DNA of 64,000 nt, from assembly GCA_038496445.1 (NCBI GenBank), contig JALMLS010000466.1, positions 62,001 through 126,000 of the forward strand, in the 5' to 3' direction. This document shows positions 1 to 14,104 of this stretch, piece by piece (the stretch's first letter is position 1; each line of letters opens with the position of its first letter). The position numbers were made by a program, and so were the translations under genes. This DNA is from Trichosphaerium sp. ATCC 40318. Lineage: Eukaryota; Protista; Tubulinea. The notes beneath the pieces are model-generated. The model was given only the letters and a program-made list of their open reading frames with translations, ran no database searches and was not told the origin of the DNA.

Positions 1-3000
1 AAGGCTGCTTCTGTTAACTGGAATACAATAATGGATGATAAACATTTGTTTAAACTTATCTACAACATGCAGATTATGCAGGTAAGTATCTCTTTAGTCC
101 TTATTTGAATTCTCGGATTTCTCCATTCAAAGCATGTCTATTTATTTGTTTCATTAGGGTCTCATAAATGCTGATGCTGAACAAGAGAAACAAAGCAAGA
201 AGAAGGAAGAAGAGGCCAAAAAAGCCGAAAAGGAAGGAAAAAGTGATAAACCTGCCACTAAAGTGACTCCACGAGAACTTTGGGTTCCTTCCTTTATTGA
301 ACTTGGAGGTGTCCATAAACTAGTTGAAATACTAATGGATATGTCTTGTGACTCTCCTGCATGTACTACGGCTGCAAGGTTCATACTAGAGATAGCAAAT
401 AAGCTTGCTCTAAAGAACGACAAGAACAAAACATTTTCGTTGAAAAAGAAGATGCCACCATTAACATCAAACATTGCAAAGCTCGTAACAAAGTTGATGG
501 AATTTTTAATAAGTACTTCAAGTACAAGTCAGACTCTTCTTCACTTGTTAAAGAAGGACTGAAACTTTTGGCTCCTTGTGTATTATCAAGTGATGATGTT
601 CTTGGTAAATTTCTTGAATGTGACTTAAAACGATGGATTGTTGGTGTTTCTCTTGATTGTGAAAATGAGGCTATACGATATGAAGCCTCAAAAGGTATTA
701 TTAATCTAATAGTACAAATCAACAACAGGTAAGTTACCATCCTTAATGTTCAGTGAAAAAACAAAGCAAAATCTTATGTTCTTTTCTTGACATGCGGTTG
801 TTCTGACACTTTTTCTTTTTTTAGCGGGCTAGCAAGTGGAAAAACTGTTATAAACAGATTCTTTGGCGTGTTTCATTCGCTGTTTATCCAGATTGACGAA
901 TACAAAGATAGATGTGATAGATACTTTGATATTTTTGCTAGCATTCTTCAACTGTATGATGGAGAGTTACTTCCTGGACTTATGGAGCAAACCTCAAAAG
1001 CTATAGTAAAGCATCCAGTCAGAGAGGTAAGACTAGAGTATTTGTGCCAAACGTACTAACAGACGTCGTTAGATGCACGGGTCAACACCAGAAGACCAAG
1101 TTCTTATCGGTTACCTTAAGATTGTATCAGAGATTCTGTCAAAGGATGTTGCATATAAGAAAGAGCATCAAGACTTACTTTCGGAAGTACTTACGAATTG
1201 TATGTTTGTTATACCGTCTTCTGATCAAGGTCATAATGCTCCACCAAAATGCAAGTGCAAAGCAACACGAAAGGAGGGATACAAGGTGCGTACATCTTTT
1301 TTTTCTTTCCTTTTCTTTTCGCGCTGTTAACTTTTTAACGTAGATCCTTACTGAGTTTGCACGTGATAACCCACCTGCATTACGGTTTATTGTATCTATG
1401 CTGAACAATCAATTGAAAGAACTTGAGGCCAATGATGTAAGAGAGTACTCGTACAATCCATCAACCCATGAAAAAGCACTTAATGGTACGTATCAATAGC
1501 GCTTTATTTGCTTTATATTTAGTTTGTTTTACTGATTTTACATCGTGAAGGTTATGTTGGACTACAGAATCAAGGAGCCACGTGCTACATGAACTCATTG
1601 ATGCAACAACTCTACCTAATCCCTGAATTCCGTCAGACTATTCTCTTAACGAATAAAGATACAAAGAATAAATCAGAGAGCTTATTACATCAGTTACAGA
1701 GGATGTTTGCATACTTACAAGAGTCACAAAGAAGTTACTTTGACACTACAGACTTTTGTGGTACTTACAAGGTAATTATCAAGTTCGTTTTGTGTGACTT
1801 TGTGCTGACATTAGTTTCTTTTGTAGGACAGTGAAGGAAATGCTGTGAATACTTCACAACAAATGGATGCTGATGAGTTTTTTAATATGTTATTGGATCG
1901 CCTTGAAGGCGAACTTAAAGGTACTGGAAACGAGAGCATCTTACGTGAGGTATTTGGTGGTACCGTCGTACATCAGATCATACCAAAGGTACGTAACTAA
2001 TACACTGTATTGATACCTTATTTGTTTTAAAAATTTAGGATTGTTCGCATAGGCGTGAACGTGATGAACCATTCTATGCATTATCTGTTGAAATTAAAGG
2101 TAAAAAGAACCTAGAAGAAGGTTTGAACCTTTATGTTGAGGTACTGTTTTCAAAACAAAAGCGAACTTAAGTTTTATTTTTTTGGTTAAAATGGTTTTTT
2201 TTGGTTTGGCTTTATGAAACACAACTAATAGTTTCTTTTAGGGTGAGACTTTGACTGGAGAGAATAGTTTCCGTTGCGATTCTTGTGATAGAAAGGTTGA
2301 GATTTTGAAGCGTGCTTGTATTAAAGAGCTTCCTCCAATTCTTGTAATTCATCTTAAAAGGTTTCATTGGGATTACTCCGATATGGTAAGCTTAATACCT
2401 AATGACAGTGGTAAAGTATAATACTAATTCCATCTGTATAGACACGAAGGAAGCTCAATACAGAGTGTGCGTTTCCTGAAACACTCAACATGAAGGACTA
2501 CACGAAAGAGGGTCTTGCTGAGAAAGAAGGTGAAGATCCTGGCCCAGGGGCTTTCCGTGATCCATCTTACTATGAATACCAACTCACTGGTATTGTTGTA
2601 CATACTGGGACAATTGATTGCGGCCATTACTACTCCTTCATCAAGGTACACTTTAAAAACTTTATAAAATACTTGAGGTTTTAACTTTCTGGGGTTGTAG
2701 GAGCGTTATCCGAGACAAGAAGGTGATGAGTGCAAGTGGTTTGAGTTTAATGATGTCGATGTTGATCCTTTTAATCCTGAAGATATTGCTGAAGAGTGTT
2801 ATGGTGGAGAAGTAGAAATCACACGATTTGATCGCGTTGAAGGTGTAGATAAGAAGATTATAAAGGCGAAGAGCAAGAACGCTTATATTTTGATCTATGA
2901 ACGCAAACACAAGGTAAATAACTCTATTGGTTCATGTCTAGGCTGTTTACGACGTAAATATGTACTCAGCTAGAGCGTTGTGGCTGTAAAGAAAAAAGCA

Positions 3001-5718
3001 AATTAATGTGCTTACTTTGTTTTTTTTATAGTTAGGTGATAGAGTAGGTCTTTATCATGACTCTAGCCAACAACTACCAGATGATGTTGTAGCTGATCAA
3101 GATAAAGATGATATTTTATTAGACGGTGGGGCTGTTTCAGATATCATAGAGGAAGATGGTAGTTCAAAGGAGGTAGTAGTACCCTCATTCTTTGTAAAAA
3201 TATCTGTTAATCGTTTTATAGAGCAACGAACAACCTAACGGTAAAATACCTTCAGAGATTGTTGAGAACGGCAAAGAAGAGAAAGAAAGTGAGTTCATAC
3301 TAACACTAAATCATCTCTAATAATTAATTAGCATCCACTGCAATTGTTACCACAAAACGTGAAGAATCTGGTGAGAAAGTTGATAGGTACTTTTTTTTCA
3401 CCACGTGTTTTTCGGTTTGGTTACTTATTTTATTTGTCTTAGACCTCTGTCTCTTGGTGCTGCTTCGTATGCAGCTATCTTCCTTTCTAAACTTCAAAAG
3501 TCCGTTGCTGCAGCAGATAAAGGCATTGTGCCTGCTACAGCAAGGGCTAAGGTTCCATCTGATATTCAAGAAGAGATCTGGAATGAGAATTCCAGGTTCT
3601 TGCTTGAAAAAATGGTTTTCGACACAGATTACTTTGCATTTGTTTCGTACGGGTTTTTTCGCTTTTGTTATCTCTTAACTCCTCTAATCACTCTAAAGGT
3701 CGTTGATTGATCTTATGCCTTCACTTAAGCATACACCTGTGTTGCCTTTACCTTCTCCTGAGAAAGTTAAGAGAAGAAGCAAAGGCTCCAAAAAAGGTAG
3801 ATCAGGATCTGAAGCAAAGAAGAAGAGGTCAAGTGAAAAGAAAGCTAATGGTAGCAGTAAAAAAGAGAGAAGAGGATCTCGTACTGGATCAGAGAAAGAC
3901 AGTGATTCTGCTGCTGGTGATCTGCCTAAGCGTAAACAGAGTGTTGGAAAGAGAAAGAAGGACAAAGAAAACGAAGAAGATGTTGCGCTTGCTTCTCTTC
4001 AGTATGTCACAAAGTTCCTCATCTCGGTCTATTCTCGTTGCTCAGAGCAGGTATGTGGTGTTGTGTATTGTGCTATATGATTAATCTATACTTAGGATAC
4101 CTTACAATCATGGGTTCAGCGTATTGCTAAGTTATATGAAGGACGTGTTTCTGCTTGTCGTTGGTTTTTGAAAATGTTTTGCTTGGATGAAGATTTACTC
4201 AGACGTACTTTGTTTACTTGTCCAAGAGAGAATATACGTAAGGCATACACGAGTCTTATTACAACTGCGATTAGAACTCTTGCACCACAAGAGCATCCTA
4301 ATTACAGAGCGGCAAGAAAAGCTGTACGTTGCTTACAAGTTCTGTTCGATTTTTTTTTGTGATGTTGATTTTGTTGGTTGTAGTGTGCGAATGTTGAAGA
4401 GCTACCAAAGAAGTCTCCTGGTTCATATGTTATTTGGTTCTTAGAGACTCTATTACTTATGCTTAAGCAAGTCCGTCGTTCTAAATTTGCGGACCAGTAC
4501 TTTGCTATCTTTGCAGATTTTGCTGAAATAGGTTTACCTGAGGTACGAGAAAGATTTGTTTTTTGTCTTTAGGGTTGTGTTTATTAACTGGGTTTACTTT
4601 ATAGAGAAATTATTTACTACGACGTGATGTTATACCTATATTTAAAGATGCTTACCTTGGAAAAGGTGATTTTGGAGGAACATCAAAGTCAACTGTACGC
4701 AAAGTGTCTTTTTTTTTTTTGTATTGTTTTTTCAAAGTTGACATGGATTGTTCGCTCTAGTACAAGTCTGGCACCTTTATGACAAGCAGGTTTCATTCTG
4801 GTTATAATAAACAGTTTCATCATATGGCAGATGTATTCAGTACACTTTTATGTAACTCTAAAGTAGCTGGTACACATCCAGATGAACAGGAAGATGATGA
4901 TGACTCTCCTCATAAAAAATCAAAGGATAAAAAAGATAAACGGAAATCTGAAAAGAAATCTATACAAGCGGATGAAGAAACAAAACCAGAACTAAAACCT
5001 CTGAAGGAAAGCGACTTTGATGCTATTCTAACAAAGGTAAAAAAAAATTCTCTTTTTTTTCTTTATTTTTTTTTTTTTAAACTGGTTTTGTAAGCACTTA
5101 CCTAGCTACTAATTTTATAAATAATATTTGGTTACAATTCTTCTATATATTAATAAGCAAATTCGTATAAATAACATTGTATACGAAGTATAATTTGATG
5201 TGAAATCGCTTAAAAACTTTTTTTTTTTCATTGAAAACCCAACCGAAATAAGATTCGCGGTTTTTTCTTTTTTACTTCAATTTATCACGTGCTAAATCAT
5301 TTAATAATAGCCATTGTGGATGAAGATGCTAAGAGAAGATATAAATGGTGAAGCTATTGCTAAAATGACAGCACATTTCTGTATAGAGTCCAAGGGATAC
5401 ACAAGAAGTTTCTTGGATATTTTCTCAGAAGGTGTTTTTAAGTTCAAGTCAGCTGACTATCAGTATCTTCCTTTCCTCCACTTTTATAAGGTTCTTGTTA
5501 CTATGGAGGACTCATTAACAACATGGAGACTCAAATTAGGTCTAGATACTTACTTGAAAACGTTACAACGTCTCAAGAGACACAAGGATGTAGTCAAGAA
5601 AGTTGTCACATTTTTATCACAAGACTTAGCATCCAATACTGATTTTAAAGCAATGCTTGATGCTAATAAGATAGCAGTCAATGAACAATTACATTCGGTT
5701 GGCTACAGGCTTGTGTAG
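1..5718 (+). CDS. Large ubiquitin-specific protease (USP9X/USP24/USP34-like), 5' part outside the window, multi-exon
   Basis: The spliced translation gives the Cys box GYVGLQNQGATCYMNSLMQQLY (~1550-1620), QMDADEFF (~1860), LPPILVIHLKRF (~2330), the His box YQLTGIVVHTGTIDCGHYYSFIK (~2575-2645), WFEFND and NAYILIYER. There is a Lys/Ser-rich insert at 3760-3975 and the stop TAG is at 5716-5718. Confidence 0.93.
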
Positions 5719-6180
5719 AGAACTTTTTTTTGGAACAAAAAAAAAAAGATCAAAAAAAGGTTCTTTCTCAAACAAAAAGTAAGATGATGTCCTCTTTGTG
5801 TATGTAACAAAAAAAAAAAACTTGTACTTTTATTGAATAAAGCCAGTTTTAGAAAAAGTATATGTTGTTGTAGATTAATCATTGGCGTTTACAATGCTGC
5901 CATCATTCAATGAATTTTGGATTAGTTTCAAAATGAAGAAACCCAGTTTTCGGTGTAATTTTTCTAAAGCCGTTTTCATTGGCTTTATGATTTACATTTG
6001 TACGCCTTTGTAGCGCTTGTGATGTATTTGTATATTGTATTTTCTTTAATGAACAATGATGTTTTAAGCATAGATTTATAATCCTGAAAAGAACAAGTTA
6101 CAACTTCTAAAAAACCTTTGTTAATTACAATCTTTTTGTTTTACTTTTATTATCACATTTTTTTTTTTGGTTTTTAAATA

Positions 6181-9100
6181 TCACGATATCTTAGGCTTAT
6201 GACAAGCAGAAAAATACAAAATTTGCTGTCCATTCGTTGGAATACCTTCCTGAGGTGCACATGTAAAAATTTCAGGAGTACTAATCACAACACTATCTTT
6301 TGAATCAACTTCGCTCTTATCAACAGGTAACACCTTCTCAGTAGTTTCTTTATGTTCTTCAACACTTTGTGTCGCTTCCACGTGAATATCTGAGTCAACA
6401 ACAGCTACATCTTTCAATGTAAGTTTGTCTTCAACCGCCTCTGGTTTGTTCAATTCTTCGTCAACAAGTTGTTGTGGTTTCATCTTTGCAGATGCCAAAC
6501 TGTTGAAAAAGAGTACATGGTTCGTAGTGTTGATCTTTGGTAAATCGAGAGGCTGTTGTATTGGCTGTATATCTTTAGAAGGTTCCTTTGGTTCCTGTTG
6601 TGTAATTTGATTATCATCTTTCGAAGGCTGTTCCTCGGTTTCGTCAGATTCTGTAACGTCTTCAGCTATGCTTGGTTCTGAATTGTCCTCACCACCGTTT
6701 GGAGGTTGTGCTGTGGCTACTGGTTCTTGTGTTAGTTCTTTGATGGCTTCAGGTACTTGTTCTTCAGATTCTGATTCGTTAGCTGGCTCAGGAGCTTCTG
6801 CAACAGCTGCATGTTCTAACGCTGGCTTGGATTGTTGTTCTTTAGGTTCTGCCGATTCTTGGTCTGTTGTTTCAGGTTCCGTTGTGGTCTCAGGCTCTGG
6901 TTCTTTTGGTTCGGGTGCTTGTTCTTTGACTTTCTCAGATTCTGTGTCCTCACTTTGCTCTGGTTCTGATTCATTTGGCTCGGATTCCTCTGTTGGTTCA
7001 AGTTGTAGATCTTTTTCTTCCGTTATTGGTTCAGGTTCTGACTCATTCGCTGCCTCGGGTTCTTGCACTTCGCTTGATTCCTCAACTGATTTAACGGGCG
7101 TGTTTTCTTCAACTGCTGACGCTGTTTGCTCATTATCTAGTTCCTCTTCTTTGTTTCCATCAGTTTCTTGTGATTCCTCAACTACACCTTATTAACACGC
7201 GCCACCATTTAAAAGTCAATATGTACCATCCGAAACCAAACCGTCGCCATCACCTTCGTTGGCTATAGGCTCAGTAACAACTGATTCTTTCGTGACAGCT
7301 TGAGTATCATCAGAAGCCTCCTTTGTACCTTCATTTAAGCCTTTGCTTTGCTCGTTATCCTCAATAGGTTTGACTTCCACTACATCCATTACTTCTGATG
7401 GAGTTTGTTCCTCATTATCACCGAGTACTTCACCTTGAGCTGGAACATTGTTAGAAATAAAAGTAACGTAACAACTTAACATGCCTTCACTTTCAATAGG
7501 TTGAGCTACCTCAACAGGTGTTTCTTCGGAATCTTTTGATACTGGTTCTTCATTAGCACTAGAACCATCACCTACAACTTCTGGTTCTGTTTCTACTTGT
7601 TGTTCAGATGAAATTGGTTCTGTTGGGTGTTCTACTTCGGAGGATTCTTGAGTTTCAGGCTCATTAGCTTCAACGTTGGTAACATCTGCATCCAACGCAA
7701 CAACTGGTAAGTCATTTGCTGGTTCAGCATCAACACGTTCATTAGCAAGTTCCAAGACTTGTTTAGTGGTTGACTCTTCGTTAGTACTGGTTTCTTGATT
7801 CGAAGGTTCAACTTCACTTTCATTACCTTCTTCAGAAAGTACTTGTGTCGTTGGTTCTTCGAGAGCAGTTTCTGCTGTAGCAGTTACTTCTTGCTCATGT
7901 TGATTCTCTTCTAATTCAGTTTGTTCAACTGGTACAGCTTCAAGTGCATCTTCCTCTTGGTTACTGACAGGTTCATTTTCTTCAGTAGCGTCTTCGTTGG
8001 TTGGTGTAGTTTCTTTAACTTCAGCTTGTTCACCTTCGGTTGATTGTGGTTGCTCTCTGTTTTCATTAGCTTGCTCTTCTTCGGTACTAACCTCCACTAC
8101 GTCTTCACTACCTTCAGTTTGTACAACTACTTCTTGAATGTCTTCATTTAATTCTTCAGGTTCTACGGTTTGATTCTCCTTCTTGCCTTCCTTAACCTCT
8201 GTATCTGTGACAATACCTTCTAGTGTCTCATCTACAACACTGTCAACAACACCATCGGCATCAGGAGCTACTTGTTCGGCGTGGTCTGCCGCGTCAGTGG
8301 AATCTCCAATAACTTCTGTCTCAGTTTGCGCAAGTGCGTCATCTTGAGCGACAATGCTGTCATTTGCTTGTTTATCAACTGCATCAAGCACAGCAACATC
8401 CTCCATCGCATCAGGCTCAAACAAGTCGTCATCGCCCCACGTGGCCCAAGGATCATTTTCCTCAGGTATTGCTGCGACTTGGATGTCAGTGCTTCTTTCA
8501 AGCGCTGACTCTACAGGCTCTATTTGGGAACAATGAGTATCACGTGATGTTGTATTATTCCACAAACTTACGATGTTCAACAAGCATAGATATAGGTTGA
8601 GATTGTTCTTCAAGTACATCGAGTGTCACTTGCTTATCTTCCTCTTTTATAGAATCTTGTTGTGTATCTTGCTCTACTAAAAAAAATGAATAAGCAATAT
8701 TTCCTTTACGAGTCAACTGTACCTTCAGGTATATCTTCAAAGGCATCAGTATCATCCAACCAAGCATCGCCAACATCAAAAGCTATACAAGTCAAGTTAA
8801 TGGTCAACTAATTGGTCACAACAGTACCTGATACAGCACTGGCATCCAACCGTTCTACAGTTGGTGAAACTGGAGCAGGCTTTACACTAGGTTCTTCAGG
8901 TGCAGGTTTTGGTGTTGGCTCTTGTGAAGGAGTCGAGGCGACTTCTGTCACTTCAGGTGCTGCCGTTGTAGTTTTAGGTACTTCTTCTGGGGTTACTTTT
9001 GGCTCATCAAAGTCATCATCGAAGTCACCCCATCCTTCACCATCATCCCAAGCTGTAACCTCTGGTTTTACTTGTTGAGCTTTCTCTGGTTTAGCTTCTT

Positions 9101-12100
9101 GAGTCTTCTCTGCAGGTTGAGATTGAACTGGCTCTCCTTGACCTGGTGTGCCAAAGAACGATAAAGCATCCTTCAATGGAGAAGCTGTAAGCTTCTTTGT
9201 AATACCACCAAAGAAACCACCTTTCTTTTCTTCCTTAACATCCTAAATCAAAACCATGAGCCTTTTTTCATAAACAAGACTGTAGTACTTTATCAACATT
9301 AGTGATACCAAAAGAATTGAACCAAGAGCTTGCAGTACTAGCAGGGGCTGACTTTTGTGTTTCTGCTGCTGCAACTGCCTCAGCTTGTTTCTTTAGGCTA
9401 TAACCAAAAGTTAGACATTTCCTTGTGAATAAAAACTAACTAATCGTACTTCTTTTGTCTGATTCTCTCCTTTCGTAGCCTTCTCTGACGCTCTTGTTTG
9501 GTCTCCTTAGCTGGTCTAGAGCACAAAGTAAGTCATTATAGTGTAGGCAGTTGAATACGTACGATTTTTGTGGCTCAGGTGAAGATGGTGCTGCAGATGA
9601 TACAAGTTGTTCAGGTTGAGCAACTGTAGCTGCTAGGAGAGGTTTATTAATTTGTTCTTCTTCCTCTTTCTTTGCTGCTCTTGCTTCTGCAATACGTCTC
9701 CTAGCTTCTGCTTTTTTACGATCACGTTCTTCTTTGTCTTTACGAATAGCTTCTTGCTCTGCACGCTTACGTTCCTCTTCTGCACGTGCTTTTTCTTGCT
9801 CAGCTTCAGACTCGACACGCAACCTTTCAGCTTCCTCTACCTGACGCTCTGCTTCTTCTTCAACTACACGTTGAATCTCTGCTAGCTCTGCTGCCTCTTC
9901 ATCAAGGTGTTGCTCCTCTGCTAATCGTTGACGCTCTAGTTCCTGTAGGTCAAGTAACTTCTGCTCTTTTTCTTTTGTTTCTTTTACAACCCTTTCAAGC
10001 TCAAGACGCTTCCTTTCTGCCTCATCGTCTGGTCCACGTTCTTTGTTTGCTTCTTCTTCTATTATTCTTTGCTCTTTATCAATTATAGCTTGATCTTCAA
10101 GTTCTTTTCTCTTGGTATCTGCTTCTTCCTGTTCTAGACGCAGACGCTCAGATTCCTCTTCTTGACGTATCCTTTCTTCTTCTTCAAGGTTTAGGCGTTC
10201 TGCTTCTTCATCAGCTACACGTTTACGCTCAGCTTCCTCTGCTTCAAGCCGTTCGAGTTCAGCTTTTTCTTCTTCAAAACGTTGACGTTCTGCTTTTAAT
10301 TCAAGCATTTTCTGTCTTTCAGCTTCACGTTCTCTTTCGAGTTGGGCAGCTTCCTCTTCTAGCTTTTTAGAAGCAAGACGTTGCCTTTTATCCTCTTCAG
10401 CCAGACGTTTCTTTTCAGCTTCTTCTGCTTCAAGACGTAGGCGTTCTTCTTCATCAGCTATACGTTTCTTTTCAGCTTCTTCTGCTTCAAGGCGTAGACG
10501 TTCTGCTTCTTCATCAGCTATGCGTTTACGCTCAGCTTCTTCTGCTTCAAGTCGTTGGCGTTCAGCTTCTCGTTCCTTTTCTTGTCGCTCTAGCTCGATC
10601 CTCTCAGCTTCGATGCGTTTTCTCTCTGCTTCCTCAGCAGCTAATCGTTGTCTTTCTGCTTCTTCATTTTCAAGCCTTTGCCTCTCAGCTTCGAGACGCT
10701 GGCGCTCTGCTTCTAGTCTTTGACGTTCGAATTCTTCCACACGTTTGCGTTCTGCTTCTTCTTCTGCTAATCGTTGACGCTCAGCTTCCTCTTTAGCTTC
10801 ACGTATCCTTTCTTCCGCTTCAATACGTAGGCGTTCTGCTTCTTCATCAGCTATGCGTTTACGTTGGGCTTCTTCTGCCTCAAGACGTTGCCTTTCGGCT
10901 TCTTCAGCTAGACGTTTCTTTTCAGCTTGTTCTGCTTCAAGACGTAGACGTTCTGCTTCTTCATCGGCTATACGTTTACGCTCAGCTTCTTCTGCTTCAA
11001 GACGTTGGCGTTCAGCTTCTCGTTCCTTTTCTTGTCGTTCTAGCTCGATCCTCTCAGCTTCTACACGTTGCCTCTCTGCCTCTTCAGCTGCTTGCTTCTC
11101 TTCAAGTCTTTTTTGTTCTTCGGCTTCTCTAATTTTTGCTGCTGCTTCTTCCTTCTTCTTGTCTTCTTCTTCAGCAATTTTCTGAAGGTACGCTTCTTCT
11201 TGCTTAACACGTGCATCAGCCTGAGATTGACGAATCTTTTTCTCTTCATCATCAGCTAACTGACGCTTACGTTGTAGATTCACATCATCTTGCGATCCAC
11301 CAACACCTTTAGCTATGTTCTCTTCGCCATTAGGCTCAACAGTACCGTTTGGAGCTACTTGAGTATCTTCTGTAGTGGATAGAACACCTGATTCAGTCGC
11401 AAATAGTAAATCGTTGAGTTGAGACACTTCCATATCAATTGGTGTATCAACATGTGCCATAAGTGCATCACTCATAAGATCAATATTAATGAGCCTATTG
11501 GAGCAACCAAAAATAGCACTGAAGCATCGCTGTGTGTATGGTAAAAACTTCTCTGCAGATACCTTTAAAGAGTTAGATAATCCTTGAAACCTGTACTGAA
11601 GAGCATAAAAAACTATACTTACCTTGCACAAAGCAGAGTACGCTTTGCGTTCTTCTTTGTCCATATTTTTCTTTATTATATCACGTTCTGCTATCTCAGA
11701 AACAACTGCGGCAAGACTTGTTTCAAGTCGTTTAGCTAACCGATACTGTAGTGATGACGGACAACACTTTCTAGAATACAAACATTAATAACAACTATAA
11801 AATAGGTGGTCAAGATATAGAAAAAGCAAGCGTACCTAAGTTCATTGAATGCTTTAAGCATCGCATTTACGAAAATTGCAAGAGGAGGAAAATCGAGTAA
11901 GATATTAGGAGGTACAAGTGATGTCTCATCCTCATCCTCATCATGATCCGCAACACCTTGGTGGTAAACAATTGTGGATAACTAAAAGCATAGATATTAA
12001 GTACACAAAGTGGATTAATCCAAAGATTGTTAAACAGCGTGTACCTTCTTAAATTGGCTACGAAATTGGCGTTCTGCTTGGCTCAGAGTATCTGAAAACA

Positions 12101-13719
12101 ATCCAAATACACGTCTCTCATAAGGTTCGATTAGTAAACCTACAATAAGTATTAATAATAGGTAGTTAGAGAACTCACTTTACCTCGAAAGTCAATGCCA
12201 ACAGTAGACAAGTTTTGACCAAAATACATGACATGATCAAGCAAAGCAGAAAGTGATGCACCATCGCTTATTCTCGGTAGGTATTCTTCTATCACTGATA
12301 CAAACTTCGTGATTTGAAAGTTTAACCAACTAAATAGTATGCTATTGGCTTCATATCCAACACTGTCGATAAAGATGGAGTTATACAATACAATAATCTC
12401 CCTCACTTCTGCTCTGATAATATCAATCACTTTACTCAAGTATATGTAAGCATTAGAAGTAGGTGTTAGGCTTATAGCATTCTCAACGTGTTGACTCCTA
12501 AACGAACATAAACAAAGGAACAAAACAACCACAAGTAAAACTGTAAAAAAACCAAAAAAAGCGAGAGAGGAGTATTTTCGCAGCAATTACTGGTTGGTAT
12601 AAGAACTCCTCAGAGCTCTATCCAGTAACTAAAGTACTTTTCTCATACATAATCTAGTTCTTTCAAGTTTCATTTTAGAAAATACGAACCTGCACTGGAG
12701 AAACGTGACGCGTAACTCTGCACCAGAATAAACATCAAGACGTTTTAAATAATCAATTATCTTGTGGAAATCATGAATATCAGGAGGTCCAGTAAGTTGT
12801 TGATGTAGCTATTATAATGCATTAGAATGGTTATAAATCATTATATATCATAATCAACATAACATACCTGAGAAATAAGAGTCTCAGTAGTGGTGTCAAC
12901 CTCTTTTTTAATATTTTGTATCAAACCAATATCAGCAAACCTTGTAGCAAGACGTAACGCAAAATCACGTAACTGTAGAGCATCCTAGACAATATATATT
13001 AGTCTGACGCACTTGATAATATCAGTGTACATCGTATTGCTTCGTTTTAATAGTTGTATCTATAAGTTGAGGCAATTCAAGCAATTCCACAAGCGAAGAA
13101 TGCTGGCGAAGCGTAGCTTGCTCTATAGCGCGTTGTTCAGCTATTGTAGCTGCTCTGTCGCAAAATTCGCTAAGACCTTTTGATACGTTCGGTAATAGTC
13201 CTGTAATGACTGACAAGCTTTCTCCAACATCGCTGACCTTGAAAGAAGGATTATTATTCCGTTGTTTTTTTCTTTTTTTTGTTGTAGAATGATGGAAAAG
13301 GGGTCATAACTCACTTGTTTTTTGATTTCTTGCGTGCATTGAGCCGTGTCAATAAATGTTTTGTAATTTTTAAACGTCAACGTTTCTATTTGTTCTTCAA
13401 GCTCCTTCCTTTCTCGTGATAGTCTTTTTGGCTCTTCTTGTAGTTTATCAAGCGTATGAGATGTTATTACACCAACATAGTCCGCCAATGACACATCCTC
13501 GGGAAAATCGATGTGTGATACGTCTTCAGTTGTAAAAACTGCCGTCCCTGGTAACAGAATTTTAGAAAAAAGAAGCGACGTTAAAAAGTGCCAATAACGA
13601 CATTCAACGCGTTGGAATAATAAATGGCGAGGATAGCTTGGTGTTTAGCGTGTTTTGTGATATTAATTGTGAAAAACGCGTAATAGTGGTATACCTTGAA
13701 TCTGTGATTGCGCTAACAT
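6181..13719 (-). CDS. COG8: Conserved oligomeric Golgi complex subunit 8 (Dor1) with a very long C-terminal extension (charged helical repeats plus acidic low-complexity tail)
   Basis: COG8 motifs: LQEEPKRLSRE..LTFKNYKTFI, LVELLELPQLIDT, LLDHVMYFGQNLSTVGIDFRG, LLDFPPLAIFVNAMLKAFNELR, EKFLPYTQRCF. The last COG8 exon runs without a stop into the E/R/A repeat ORF, and later exons join in frame through canonical splice sites to a TGA at 6181. The start ATG (13719) and the final exon are less certain. Confidence 0.85.
10130..11110 (-). repeat. Coding tandem repeats (EAERQRLEAE / EAERKRIADEEAERLRLEAE) including a near-identical ~120-nt duplicated block
   Basis: EAERIELERQEKEREAERQRLEAEEAERKRIADEEAERLRLEAE occurs twice (about 10480-10610 and 10930-11060). 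The DNA units ttctgcttcttcatcagcta and ttcaagacg recur. Confidence 0.9.
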
Positions 13720-14104
13720 CTGTTTTGTTAGGTTTAAGTATTACGTTGATTGTTTTAGCCGTTGTACGCTTTTAAACCCCTCACTAGCGTCAATTATGTA
13801 AACCACACCATGTAAGAGAGTCCGTCAACGTCCACGTAGGCGGTGTACTTAATCAACGTTGCTTAACAAGGTTGCTTGCTGAACTTTTCTGAAATGCGCT
13901 ACAGTGGGACAAAAACGCTAGCGTTATTATAAACTTTTGGTTTGAAAAAGGCACGTGTCAAGAAATTATTTAATTAACTGTTTTTGGTTACTGTACAAGT
14001 TGGTGACATTTTGCGGTAGCGGTTACGTAAACATAATGCCAATGTTAGATCGGAGGAATCTAGTTCGGTAAAATTAGTGTCACATGCATGAAAAAAGCGC
14101 TTAC

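Noticed and set aside
10380-11110. Regularly spaced direct repeats resembling a CRISPR or satellite array
   Set aside because: They are in-frame coding repeats with synonymous variation and no unique spacers, in a eukaryotic context.
6425-11259. Plus-strand Ser-rich ORFs (e.g. 6668-7195, 10853-11185)
   Set aside because: They are antisense shadows of the Glu-rich minus-strand COG8 extension.
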